NCBI GenBank assembly: GCA_964447465.1
Contig: CAYUTR010000001.1
Location: 1 to 60,654 of the forward strand
Reading direction: 5' to 3'
Length of the DNA stretch: 60,654 nt
Origin: an uncultured Chryseobacterium sp.
Lineage (GTDB): Bacteria; Bacteroidota; Bacteroidia; Palsa-965
This document shows, piece by piece, positions 39,201 to 47,331 of this stretch. Position 1 is the first letter of the stretch. Each line of letters begins with the position of its first letter. A program made the translations under genes and the position numbers. The notes beneath the pieces are model-generated. The model searched no databases, was not told the origin of the DNA, and saw only the letters and a program-made list of their open reading frames with translations.

Positions 39201-42200
39201 CTTGCATACAATGGGAGGTTTGCAGGTTTCTTTGCGAACGTCGCTGATAGATACAGAACTCCTTTACAATGTGAGATAAGACGCTGAAAGAATGCTCCTG
39301 TATTCCCTTCGCCACTCGCATTGTGTGCCTCATCCATGATGAGAATATTCTTATTAGCAACAGCGTTGAGAAAACGTTGCTTTGCGGAAAGTTCGTTAGA
39401 GCTGAACTGGCTATATGTTGCAAGCAGAAAATTGAATTGCGCGGGAATCTCCGCATCATCAAATATTTCAGCTTGTTCCTTTTGCGAAAGTGCCTCGTAC
39501 ATCGTCTCACCGTATTCATCAAGAATATCAGTTTTGTCGTCCTTAGCATTTACAATAAATGGACGAAGGCTTCCCGATCCGATTGCCTTTAGATCGCGAT
39601 ACAGGTCAGAGAACAGGTTTGGTTTTTCCGTGAGGAAAATTGGCTGATAACCTCGTTTAACCCCATACCGAATTATTGCTGCCGCCACGCGACCTTTACC
39701 AATTCCGGTCTGATCGCCTTCTATTGCTCCCTGTTCTCGGGCTTCGATATTGTAGATGGCAATTGCTACCGCGTCGATCTGTTCGGCTGCCAATGCAGCG
39801 CACAATTCTTTTTTTGATCCGTAGCCTAATCGGTTGCGAACAAATTCATCAATGTCACCACCTATTGCATCATTGACTTTTTGTAATGCCTGGTGCGTTT
39901 CAAAACTCATTGCATCCGGTACAACAGTATCCAGCACAACACAACCCTGGGAAGTAGGAACATAAGTAGCTCCAAGACCGTTCAGGTTTTCCGGTTGGTC
40001 TAGTGACTGAATGCTTTGTACAACAACGTTGTTTCCGAAATTGTCCTTGAAGGAATGTCTTAACTCACTGTCGGCCCAACGTTGAGCAAGATAGTCCGAA
40101 TGAAAAGCCTTGAACGCGACGAATTGAGAATAAGGAGGCGTATTCAGCTTAAAAATGATCTTGTAATTTTGAGCGCGTTCTTTCCTGTGTAGAAAGTCGT
40201 GAACCGCAATTGCTTCGTTAAAGTGTTTTTTGGGTGTAGATCGTTTGTGATCGTCCGCAGGCTTTTCTTCCCAAGTGGATTTTTGTTCTTGCTTTGGCTT
40301 AGTATCATCATCGTCCAAAAGATTAAGGATGCTGCTTGCATCATCTTCAAAATCCTTTTCACTTTTATCGACTTTTATATTTCGGAATAAATCAGGGTAG
40401 CTGATTCGTACATCGTATGGCAATTCTATCCTTTCATCAATCGCCATTTTTACAAAGTTCCTGTGCTGTTCCGTGAATTCTTTTTTTGTTGGAGGGACAC
40501 TATCTTCTGAGTGCAATGTTGTTTGCCAACGGATCCATTCAGTCAGGCTTAAATAGTGTGCGGGAACCATAAAGTTGCGATGCCTCATTACCCGCTTGTA
40601 CAGCTCGTCGAAATCTCTGATCGGTGTATCGAGCTTTTCAGAAAAGGCAGGAGCGGTTGCATCAAATATTCTTTGCCGTTTGGAAATAAGAATCAGTCTT
40701 GCATCAACGCCACTGCCATGACTGGAGTACAATTGTTTGTCAATCGGTATAATATCAATAACCCGGTAGTGCTTATACAGGTAATCAAGGAAGGTGCGAT
40801 TTGCTCCTTTGCTGATACGCCCTTTGCCATCGTAGGAAGTATGTCCGCCGAGTATAATTGCTGCGTTGCCTAAGTCGTGCATACATTCAAGCGCATTCAG
40901 CACCATGATGTGCTCAAGTGATTTTATTTCATAGTCCCCATAGCGAACTGCGTGATCCATTTTGCCGAGCGGAGGATTTGCAAGTACGCAAGCGAACTTT
41001 TTATCAAGGCCAATAAAGGGTTTTGTTGCGTCCTGGCTTGTTACACGGAAATAACCTTGTGTGCGTAGATGCTGAACCCTGAGTTTGTCAACTTCGTTGA
41101 CGATTGTTTTATCAGGAGAGGAAGCAATTGTAAGAAGTCCATTGCCAGCGCAAGGCTCAAAAATGCTTCCGTACATATCAGCTCCTGTAATGATCCCCGC
41201 AAGAAAGGAGATGGGAGCCGGTGTACTCTGCTGCCCTAATAACTTGCTTTGACCTGTGGGATGAAACAAGTTGAGCTGCGAACTGTACAACGATATTAAT
41301 TCATCGTAACGGTTCCGATAGGTCTTCTCCTGGTGCGCTAATTCTCTCGCACAGATTGTAACTGCCAACTCGGTGAGTTCATTGATTAAGTTCTTGTCGG
41401 CGATCTCAAAATCCTCCGCAACGTTTTCGTAATACAAACGACTGCGAACATTTCTCTTTTCAAGATCATTAATTACAAATTCAACGAACTCCCGATGCTC
41501 CTGCTTAAGTTTTTCAAGCGAAAGTCCTTCAAGTGCATCATTATCTTCACCGGTTTCCATGCCGTTTAATGTTTTTGATTGGGTTGGCGCAAATCGCAAA
41601 AGGATTCTGAATATTTCTTCGGCGACTTGCGGGACAATTGCATTTCCTAATCCTTTAAGTCTGTCCAGCCTACGGGGTATCCCATCAGCCACTCTACCCA
41701 CTCCGGGTTCAGTTGGCCATTTGGACGTTTCTGTTTTATAGCTTCCCTTCGCGCCATTGCGGAGAGCGATTTGCTTTGTTGCGAATTTCCCTTTAGCCGG
41801 TACTTGTGTTCGGATGCGGTAGGTGTCGGATAAAACTGAACGAACAGCATAAGGTTTTGCTGTATTTTTTTTCCAGTCCTTCGATGAAAAAGAGTCTGGT
41901 TCCATCTCCTTGGTGTTTCTCCATCCTTGTCCACCATGTCTCTTGCGTTTCTCTCGAACTGCGTTGCCGTTGGTGTAGGCAAGAATCCAAACCCTGTCTC
42001 TCCGATGGGGTGCATCCTTGGCGCAAGCTGGTATAACAAACGTTTCTGTGGTGTAACCTTCATTCTCCAATTGAGAAAGCACTTGGTCGAGTGCCAGGTT
42101 GATGATTCCAGAAACATTTTCACCAATGATGAAACGGGGCCGTACTTCTCTGATAACTCTAAGCATCTCAGGCCAGAGGAAACGGAGGTCTTTTTTCCCT

Positions 42201-42445
42201 TGTTTTTTTCCGGCGACCGAAAAAGGTTGGCAAGGGAAACCGCCTGTGAGGATGTCAATTTTACCCCTGAAAGGTCTTCCCTTAAAGTCTCGTATGTCTT
42301 CAAATCGTTTCGCATCTGGAAAGTTTTTTTCAAGCACTTCTAAACACCATTTATCATTCTCCACCTGGAAAACAGTTTCAATCCCAACGTTCTTCGCGGC
42401 TAGATCGAATCCACCAATACCGGCAAACAGGCTTCCGAGCTTCAT
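36230..42445 (-). CDS. giant fusion: DNA C5-cytosine methyltransferase + N6-adenine methyltransferase + strawberry-notch-like SF2 helicase + ~600-aa unknown C-terminus
   Basis: C5-MTase motifs FAGIGGFD (I), GGFPCQPFS (IV), GENV (VI), RRDRVWI (VIII), GNAIVPQV (X). N6-MTase FEPCAGNG and ANPPLG (residues ~430-495). Helicase GDQTGIGKGRVAAAII (Walker A), IMDEAHNASG (DEAH), LYLSATFA, LLINQSGSTGASAHA, EVQKRGRVNRTGQ (motif VI), resembling strawberry notch. Confidence 0.8.
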   Translation of the reverse strand: MKLGSLFAGIGGFDLAAKNVGIETVFQVENDKWCLEVLEKNFPDAKRFEDIRDFKGRPFRGKIDILTGGFPCQPFSVAGKKQGKKDLRFLWPEMLRVIREVRPRFIIGENVSGIINLALDQVLSQLENEGYTTETFVIPACAKDAPHRRDRVWILAYTNGNAVREKRKRHGGQGWRNTKEMEPDSFSSKDWKKNTAKPYAVRSVLSDTYRIRTQVPAKGKFATKQIALRNGAKGSYKTETSKWPTEPGVGRVADGIPRRLDRLKGLGNAIVPQVAEEIFRILLRFAPTQSKTLNGMETGEDNDALEGLSLEKLKQEHREFVEFVINDLEKRNVRSRLYYENVAEDFEIADKNLINELTELAVTICARELAHQEKTYRNRYDELISLYSSQLNLFHPTGQSKLLGQQSTPAPISFLAGIITGADMYGSIFEPCAGNGLLTIASSPDKTIVNEVDKLRVQHLRTQGYFRVTSQDATKPFIGLDKKFACVLANPPLGKMDHAVRYGDYEIKSLEHIMVLNALECMHDLGNAAIILGGHTSYDGKGRISKGANRTFLDYLYKHYRVIDIIPIDKQLYSSHGSGVDARLILISKRQRIFDATAPAFSEKLDTPIRDFDELYKRVMRHRNFMVPAHYLSLTEWIRWQTTLHSEDSVPPTKKEFTEQHRNFVKMAIDERIELPYDVRISYPDLFRNIKVDKSEKDFEDDASSILNLLDDDDTKPKQEQKSTWEEKPADDHKRSTPKKHFNEAIAVHDFLHRKERAQNYKIIFKLNTPPYSQFVAFKAFHSDYLAQRWADSELRHSFKDNFGNNVVVQSIQSLDQPENLNGLGATYVPTSQGCVVLDTVVPDAMSFETHQALQKVNDAIGGDIDEFVRNRLGYGSKKELCAALAAEQIDAVAIAIYNIEAREQGAIEGDQTGIGKGRVAAAIIRYGVKRGYQPIFLTEKPNLFSDLYRDLKAIGSGSLRPFIVNAKDDKTDILDEYGETMYEALSQKEQAEIFDDAEIPAQFNFLLATYSQFSSNELSAKQRFLNAVANKNILIMDEAHNASGEGNTGAFFQRLISHCKGVLYLSATFAKKPANLPLYARKTLMSESNMNREQLVWAIRAGGVPLQEVISSELVKEGQMVRRERSYEGVEVNYITLDEMEDEHRAIADTVTQVLRDTIRFQEDFVSKEVKRLDDELAEANVNVELRKGTKQAGVSNDPYFSRVFNVINQMLFSIKADAVAERAIMRLKEGKKPVIAFSSTMAAFIESMTNEDGEPVKAGDVIAADFSEVLKRGLSSIMRYTLTLPNGRVEQRTFTAKELGPQAELAYWNIIEKIETVSTGISISPIDVIVKKIREAGYSVAEVTGRRISVELNEVKTESGIEFSSTAEDEFPGIDLEEAFGKRTKLMGRIHPRKKILTNEAFRKFNNNEIDVLLINQSGSTGASAHAIVTDKVPFEEVKQRVMIVLQPELDISTEVQKRGRVNRTGQVYKPIYDYVSSAIPAEKRLMMMLQRKLKSLDANTTSNQKQSTRILDVPDFLNKYGDLVVTEYMVDHPEINDALQDPLGLKEKEKEGKEPKELKRGKDDAAFMVSGRVAVLSSKEQQDFYDEVVRRYNDHVEYMKQTGEYDLEVEEMKLDAETKQRKVLIMGRGGRSSFGKDSVLETVEVNVLRKPMKADELGVMLRQSLDGLSATEQSRMLLDEFKTASQKMLDDELLQAKEQYTRSIDELKTSARLKKMLEKHGWEVYERALDKAEAVIKDERKSREEKAQYNYERRNDFAKSTLAFFYVGRLLYYPARTLDEGQIKILAVFIGFGIDRNQKNPFTPSAIKLRFAIASGLRYLVIPASKAETIQRIKGESFDIPQRGFEQVADIWSETTQKRQSDRASRYIITGNILQALGRYRGKLINYTTKDGSVAKGILMPEYWTPDEDAEKGVAVPATKAYSILQSLVEGGHVVIGKHLSLFRRDGRFMVVVSGTKSKGGEIFLNENLLKLIDDNNFSKQSDKMVAYFDSTKLKEVLEILESDLGTSVAVTPLQFDKIYKEFTDKQEQESFPDLEMLPEVVEDETLLERELELEAEAILLMLELDEE

Positions 42446-42450
42446 GGCTA

Positions 42451-42648
42451 TTATTTATTTTCACGCAACACATTTTCCAAACTATCTGCGCGGTGATGGT
42501 AGTACAACATTTTTTCCACGCACTCCACGCATTCAGGACTCCGATATCCGCCTGATATAATCATGTTCAGCACGAACAGGATACTGCCGATGAAACTCAT
42601 TACCGTTATCCAAAACGAAATCTTAGCACGTTTCTCCTGGGTGAACAT
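42451..42648 (-). CDS. small single-pass membrane protein
   Basis: 65 aa with TM ISFWITVMSFIGSILFVLNMII. Tightly packed between neighbours. Confidence 0.45.
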   Translation of the reverse strand: MFTQEKRAKISFWITVMSFIGSILFVLNMIISGGYRSPECVECVEKMLYYHHRADSLENVLRENK

Positions 42649-42652
42649 GACT

Positions 42653-42973
42653 TCAGGTGTTGTGTGGTTTCTTCAGGTTGTGGGATTTTCTTTTCGGGTC
42701 TTTCAGCAAGCGGAAAATCAGATACGTCCCTGCGTAGCCAGTAAAGAAGGCTTCGAGAAGTCGGTACTTCGGAAAGTATTCGTGAGTCAGGGTAACAGCA
42801 AGTGTCAGGAAGAACAGCGACCAGATCACACCGATCAGGTTTTCGTTGATCCACCTTCTCATGGAAAATTCATTTACACCGATGAGGCGCACAAGTAACA
42901 GACAGATAATACCGATGAAAGCTACAGCCCAATGCAACAGGCCACATGATTCAAGAAAAGTGAGAGTTTTCAT
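42653..42973 (-). CDS. three-TM small membrane protein (holin-like by position)
   Basis: 106 aa, three hydrophobic helices and a basic C-terminus (KDPKRKSHNLKKPHNT), immediately downstream of the lysozyme-like gene. Confidence 0.4.
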   Translation of the reverse strand: MKTLTFLESCGLLHWAVAFIGIICLLLVRLIGVNEFSMRRWINENLIGVIWSLFFLTLAVTLTHEYFPKYRLLEAFFTGYAGTYLIFRLLKDPKRKSHNLKKPHNT

Positions 42974-42993
42974 AGTTAAAATGTTTTTGGGTT

Positions 42994-43719
42994 TTAGGCG
43001 ACTCGCCTTTTGTTTTGATTTTCAGAAATGAAATACACAGCGAGGGTAGTGGCAGCTATTGCACCTCCTGCCAGACTGAGGAGCAGGAATTTTCTTGCGG
43101 CACGTTCAACTATTCGCAAGGTGGCATAGGTGAATTCATTCAGCTCATTAAGGCGATTAAGCCATCCTCGGATGTAAGTTGGATTGTTAAGCGAGATGTA
43201 GAATTGGCGATAGTGCTCGATCAGTTTCTCCTGCACCCGCTTTTCTCCGATTGCGGTCTTGGTGATCTTGTGAAACAGCTCACGGATTTTACCGGCGTTC
43301 TCCAGACTGTAACTGCTTGTGGTGATCGGTAAATTGCTACCGTAGTTTGCGTTCAGAAATTTTGCCAGTTGCCGGTGAGCACCACCGATTCCCGATCCCC
43401 ATGCGAATGAAACGATGATGTCGGCGATGGATTGAGACCGGTAACTATCAAGCAGAAACTTGTCCCAAAATCCGTGCTTGAATATTTTGAGCCATATATG
43501 ATCCGGCATCGAAAAGAAATTTGCACAAGACGGATTGTAACCAAGTTTTGCGTTCATCTCAAACGTTCTGTAAATGATCCCTTTGTTGGTGTGCCAACCG
43601 ACCTGACCATTATAGACACAGGGAGCAGGATAAGAAGCGGGGCCGATGTCACGCGGATCATTGCTCAATCCACCTTCCCACTTCTTAATGAACTCAATTT
43701 GATTTCTGTGATCGGCCAT
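42994..43719 (-). CDS. GH108-like lysozyme (N-acetylmuramidase) with C-terminal membrane anchor
   Basis: IEFIKKWEGGLSNDPRD, HTNKGI and SIADIIVSFAWGSGIGGAHRQL follow the glycoside hydrolase 108 pattern (EGG...D..G.TK.GI...D.AVN.G). C-terminal TM LLLSLAGGAIAATTLAVYFI. Confidence 0.55.
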   Translation of the reverse strand: MADHRNQIEFIKKWEGGLSNDPRDIGPASYPAPCVYNGQVGWHTNKGIIYRTFEMNAKLGYNPSCANFFSMPDHIWLKIFKHGFWDKFLLDSYRSQSIADIIVSFAWGSGIGGAHRQLAKFLNANYGSNLPITTSSYSLENAGKIRELFHKITKTAIGEKRVQEKLIEHYRQFYISLNNPTYIRGWLNRLNELNEFTYATLRIVERAARKFLLLSLAGGAIAATTLAVYFISENQNKRRVA

Positions 43720-43731
43720 TGCTCGCAGTGA

Positions 43732-44790
43732 TTATTTGTCAAACACAATTGCACTTGTCCGCACGTACATGGTGCGATCATCCAGCGTCCGAAAACGCGT
43801 GTATCCATTGCCTGAAGACAACCACCGGCCTAAGAGCGTGAACGATGGAATTTCCACGCTGATATTAAATCCGTCGGTGATAATTGTTTTTGTGATGGTG
43901 CGGATGTTCTTAGTTACAGCACCCAAACCTGAAAGTGCCCATGAAGAATCGTAATTATTCGGATCGCTGTTTTTGACAGTTTCCTTCAATCCCATGCGAC
44001 GGAACTGCTCACGCAACTTCGCTTTATTTGCAGGAGAATTTTTGAACGCATCAAGCAACCCGGTTACGAGTGTGTAGCGACGAATACCGGAATAAGGACG
44101 TAATTGGAAACCTTCGCTGGCGAAACCGTAATCAACCGTGTTATTAACCTTTTGTAGTAGCGCAACCGTTGAGTTTATGTCTGATGCCTTTGCAGTATCA
44201 AAAATCTGCCACCCAATAATGATGTAAGGATTCGTTACCCATGAAGGAATGACAGATTTGATAACGCTGGTGACAAGTCCGGATGATGCAGTTGTTTTCG
44301 GAGGAAGGGAAGTCTTTGCTCCGCCGAAGTTGCCCGTAACGTAATCAGTGAATGTGGTGTTGTCAATTACCGTTTTCAGTCCCTTGCTTGTAAGTGCGGT
44401 CGTTAGCTCCGATCCCCAGATACCATCCGCGCCCCATTTTGGCAAGATGGATGCACCGAATTTTTGCATCAGCGCATTCTGCAAATTCTTCACTTGCTCG
44501 CCGCGACTTCCTTTCTGAATTGGGAAATTAGTGCTGCCGCTGCCAGAGGAGTATCCAGAAGATGGTGGTGCTGAATAAGTCGGTGCAGGTAATTCAGGAA
44601 CAGATCGTGAAGCACTGTCGAAGGCATTTGAATCTCCTTCGTCGCTCTTACCGAATTTTCCACCTTCGTTTCCGTTACTGTTTCTCCTGAATAGCCAAAT
44701 GCCACCGCCGACCAATCCAATACCTGTTGCGGCTATGCTGAGAAGCACCCAACCACGTTTATACCAGGGCTTTTTTTCTTCGTTTGCCAT
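43732..44790 (-). CDS. membrane-anchored peptidoglycan-binding domain protein
   Basis: N-terminal TM WVLLSIAATGIGLVGGGIWLF. IQKGSRGEQVKNLQNALMQKFG...WGADGIWGSELTTAL is PG_binding_1-like. Confidence 0.55.
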   Translation of the reverse strand: MANEEKKPWYKRGWVLLSIAATGIGLVGGGIWLFRRNSNGNEGGKFGKSDEGDSNAFDSASRSVPELPAPTYSAPPSSGYSSGSGSTNFPIQKGSRGEQVKNLQNALMQKFGASILPKWGADGIWGSELTTALTSKGLKTVIDNTTFTDYVTGNFGGAKTSLPPKTTASSGLVTSVIKSVIPSWVTNPYIIIGWQIFDTAKASDINSTVALLQKVNNTVDYGFASEGFQLRPYSGIRRYTLVTGLLDAFKNSPANKAKLREQFRRMGLKETVKNSDPNNYDSSWALSGLGAVTKNIRTITKTIITDGFNISVEIPSFTLLGRWLSSGNGYTRFRTLDDRTMYVRTSAIVFDK

Positions 44791-44801
44791 GTCTGTAATT
44801 T

Positions 44802-45566
44802 TTATGCTGTGATTCCTTTTTTCGATAATTCTTCTCTGAAGTCATAATCACCTGAGCTAACGTCGTCGTCGAGGTCATCAAGGATGTCCGCAGAGTATTT
44901 TGATTCGTAGGCTTGGCTTACATCGTCCCAGGATTTCTGATCCGGGATTTCACGCACTACCTGTTTTATTGCTTCCAAATCGGTTCCCCACATTAATCCC
45001 CACGTTTGAAAATTCACCGCTGCATTTATGCGCTCGGCCCATGCGTAGGGATCGTAGATCGGCTGGCTGTTCTTTCCTGCTTTCTCCGGTTTGATGCGGT
45101 AGATAGCAACCATCTCCTGCATCTCAGTGGATTTCAAATGCTCGTTCAAATCCGCATATAAATCCACTCCGTACTGATTGTGATAATTGGTCACAACCTT
45201 CCTGAACATTGCCTTGTCAGGGATGTCCACGAACGCTGTGCGGATCTGTTGCGTGTTCGTCCCAAGCCAGTTGTCATTGTCAATTCCCATCTTGATTTGC
45301 TGCGCGTAGTATGCTGGTTCACCGGGTTCAAGTGATCCCTTCGCTGCGTGTCTGGAAATAACTTTAGTAACAACCTTGTAACCGAAGTAGCCCACAGTAA
45401 CAACGACCACCGTTCCAACCAGACCCCAAACCACATAAGTTTTGAAGCTGTCAGAGTCGCTGGAACCGGGTTGAACGATATAAGTAGGCTCTCCCGCTTG
45501 ATGTGAAGGAGCGTTCTGCTTATGGCGTTGCCCCTGCCTTGTTGTGCTGTGGGCTACCGTTGTCAT
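44802..45566 (-). CDS. membrane-anchored protein with two annexin-like repeats
   Basis: TM YVVWGLVGTVVVVTVGYFGY. Repeats LGTNTQQIRTAFVDIPDKAMFRKVVTNYHNQYGVDLYADLNEHLKSTE and WGTDLEAIKQVVREIPDQKSWDDVSQAYESKYSADILDDLDDDVSSGDY fit the annexin repeat (GTDE..L..i...R......i...Y...yg..L..dl....SG). Confidence 0.5.
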   Translation of the reverse strand: MTTVAHSTTRQGQRHKQNAPSHQAGEPTYIVQPGSSDSDSFKTYVVWGLVGTVVVVTVGYFGYKVVTKVISRHAAKGSLEPGEPAYYAQQIKMGIDNDNWLGTNTQQIRTAFVDIPDKAMFRKVVTNYHNQYGVDLYADLNEHLKSTEMQEMVAIYRIKPEKAGKNSQPIYDPYAWAERINAAVNFQTWGLMWGTDLEAIKQVVREIPDQKSWDDVSQAYESKYSADILDDLDDDVSSGDYDFREELSKKGITA

Positions 45567-45748
45567 TACAAGCGCATGTATTTGCGTGCTGTGGCGAGTA
45601 CCGAAGGTTCGTAGAGCACGATTTGGCGTAAGCGATCAATCTCTTTTGCTGAGAGCTTTTCTGCGAGAACTTTCAGACCGTTTTCTTTCATCTCGACTTC
45701 TGCATCTGTTGGCGCAGTAATTGAGAAATCAGTTTTTTTAGTTGCCAT
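45566..45748 (-). CDS. small hypothetical protein
   Basis: ORF 45566..45790 trimmed to ATG 45748 (MATKKTDFSI). Overlaps the upstream gene by 11 nt and the downstream start by 1 nt. Confidence 0.4.
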   Translation of the reverse strand: MATKKTDFSITAPTDAEVEMKENGLKVLAEKLSAKEIDRLRQIVLYEPSVLATARKYMRL

Positions 45749-46559
45749 CGTCTTGTGATTTTTCAAATGCGGACATATATGTTGATTCAATCAATTCAGG
45801 ATTCTCTGTAAGCACGGTGAGAAGTTGACTGACAAGACCACGTTGTACCTTGTCGAATCCTTTGAATAGCCCGGTGAAGAATTTGTATTCTTCATATTCG
45901 CGCTCCGAAATGGCTATTTGAGTTTCATCATTACTACTCGCCGAGTTTGCTTCTGCTTTGCGCTCTTCTTGTTGTTCATTTTCTGCTGTGCCTGATAACG
46001 GGCCGTCTTTGGGCTTGGGGCCTAAGAAGCGATCAAGGGCTTCGCGTCCCAATTCAAGCAACACATTCGTTTGCCCGTTTTCGTCTTGCAGCTTTATCAG
46101 TTCCCCATTTTGCTTTTCCAATTCGTCATTTCTTTTAAGGAGGATGTCGAGTTGTTGCCGCAAGATTTGGTTGTCGCGCTGCACCTTGTCGTGATTATGC
46201 TTTAAGGTGACTTGCTCAACTTGCTTTTGTACCCTGTCTTCAAAAGATACTGTGGGGCCTTCTTCAATACCATGAAAAGTTTGACCGTTCAATTGTTTTG
46301 GACCGTCGAAATAAAAACAGGTATTGTTGCGGTTGCGTGTATGGCCGATATATTCAGAAATGGTAATCCACTTTGTTGTCGGCCCAATCAGATCGAAAAT
46401 GCTCTGAAACAAAGTCGCGTCGGTGGTCTTTGGAATTATCTCCAGATCGTCGATAGTGACGGCGTAGGAGATGGGTTCTCCAATGCGAGAGTGGTTCTCC
46501 AATCGAATGCGGATCGCCTCGACTTTTGCGTTGTCGTATGGAATCTTTTGGAAGCTCAT
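45738..46559 (-). CDS. coiled-coil hypothetical protein
   Basis: 273 aa with a central heptad-rich segment (QILRQQLDILLKRNDELEKQNGELIKLQDE) and an acidic region. 4-nt overlap with the upstream gene. Confidence 0.5.
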   Translation of the reverse strand: MSFQKIPYDNAKVEAIRIRLENHSRIGEPISYAVTIDDLEIIPKTTDATLFQSIFDLIGPTTKWITISEYIGHTRNRNNTCFYFDGPKQLNGQTFHGIEEGPTVSFEDRVQKQVEQVTLKHNHDKVQRDNQILRQQLDILLKRNDELEKQNGELIKLQDENGQTNVLLELGREALDRFLGPKPKDGPLSGTAENEQQEERKAEANSASSNDETQIAISEREYEEYKFFTGLFKGFDKVQRGLVSQLLTVLTENPELIESTYMSAFEKSQDDGN

Positions 46560-46888
46560 CTTTTCTGTTTTTTATGCTGTGGAATAACCTGGATAAACAG
46601 CACACTTGCCGTTGCTCCTGTGTCGTTCGATACCCGAATGATTCCGCTATGCTCGTGTTGCTGAATATTTATCACTGCGTCTCCCAGGTTAAAAACCCCT
46701 CGCTCTGATTCCACTTTTATATCCAAAACTTCTGGTTCAATGAACAGCATGAGTTGGTTGTATGCTTTGAAAGTTGTTGCGGCTTTATCAGCAAGTCTTA
46801 TCTGCCGATACCTTACCACATAGCGTTCTCCGAAACCTAACTCCCGCATCCGACGCGGGATATAATCCAAAGCGAAGGCGAGGTTCAT
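46556..46888 (-). CDS. small beta-rich hypothetical protein
   Basis: 110 aa, with 4-nt overlaps on both sides. Confidence 0.45.
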   Translation of the reverse strand: MNLAFALDYIPRRMRELGFGERYVVRYRQIRLADKAATTFKAYNQLMLFIEPEVLDIKVESERGVFNLGDAVINIQQHEHSGIIRVSNDTGATASVLFIQVIPQHKKQKR

Positions 46889-47328
46889 GGCTGTTGCATT
46901 TTTAGGCGGAGATAAATCCGCACGGTGTAGTCAATGTTATCGGTCAGTAGTACACCTACACGATCTTCGTAGTAACCATCTATCAATGTGCTATCAACGG
47001 GTTGGTAAGTGTCAAGCATCTCATAGTTTGTTCTCCACCACCATTGTTGCGTGTCTATATATTTTTCACCGACTTTTTCCCATGCTTCAACTTTGAATGA
47101 AGCGTAAAGTGTGTGAGCAAAAAATCTCTCACCTTTATCGGAAACAAAAAGGCGTAAGTAACCCGCCTCTCGTTGAATCTTAGGTTGACCACCGACATTG
47201 ATAAAGTGTTTGTCGCACGTCACCGCAATCCCGGTAATGCTTTCTGCATTTTCAGGCAGTATAATCTGAAAGAGTTTCTTTTGAAATCTCTCCTTGATCG
47301 ACAACGTATGGACTATGAACTTTTCCAT
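46885..47328 (-). CDS. small beta-rich hypothetical protein (paralogue-like of 47332..47742)
   Basis: ENAESITGIAVTCDKH and YTVRIYLRL echo KNADKIIGVAVSSNRD and MFLYVYSTL of the neighbouring gene. Confidence 0.45.
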   Translation of the reverse strand: MEKFIVHTLSIKERFQKKLFQIILPENAESITGIAVTCDKHFINVGGQPKIQREAGYLRLFVSDKGERFFAHTLYASFKVEAWEKVGEKYIDTQQWWWRTNYEMLDTYQPVDSTLIDGYYEDRVGVLLTDNIDYTVRIYLRLKMQQP

Positions 47329-47331
47329 GAA

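Noticed and set aside
37188-39647. Multiple plus-strand ORFs of 60-207 aa (e.g. 38193..38816, 37188..37685) inside the 2071-aa gene
   Set aside because: They are antisense-frame ORFs with Ser/Leu/Arg-rich composition, typical of the complementary frame of a real gene. Only the same-strand nested ORF 41647..42333 was kept as a finding.
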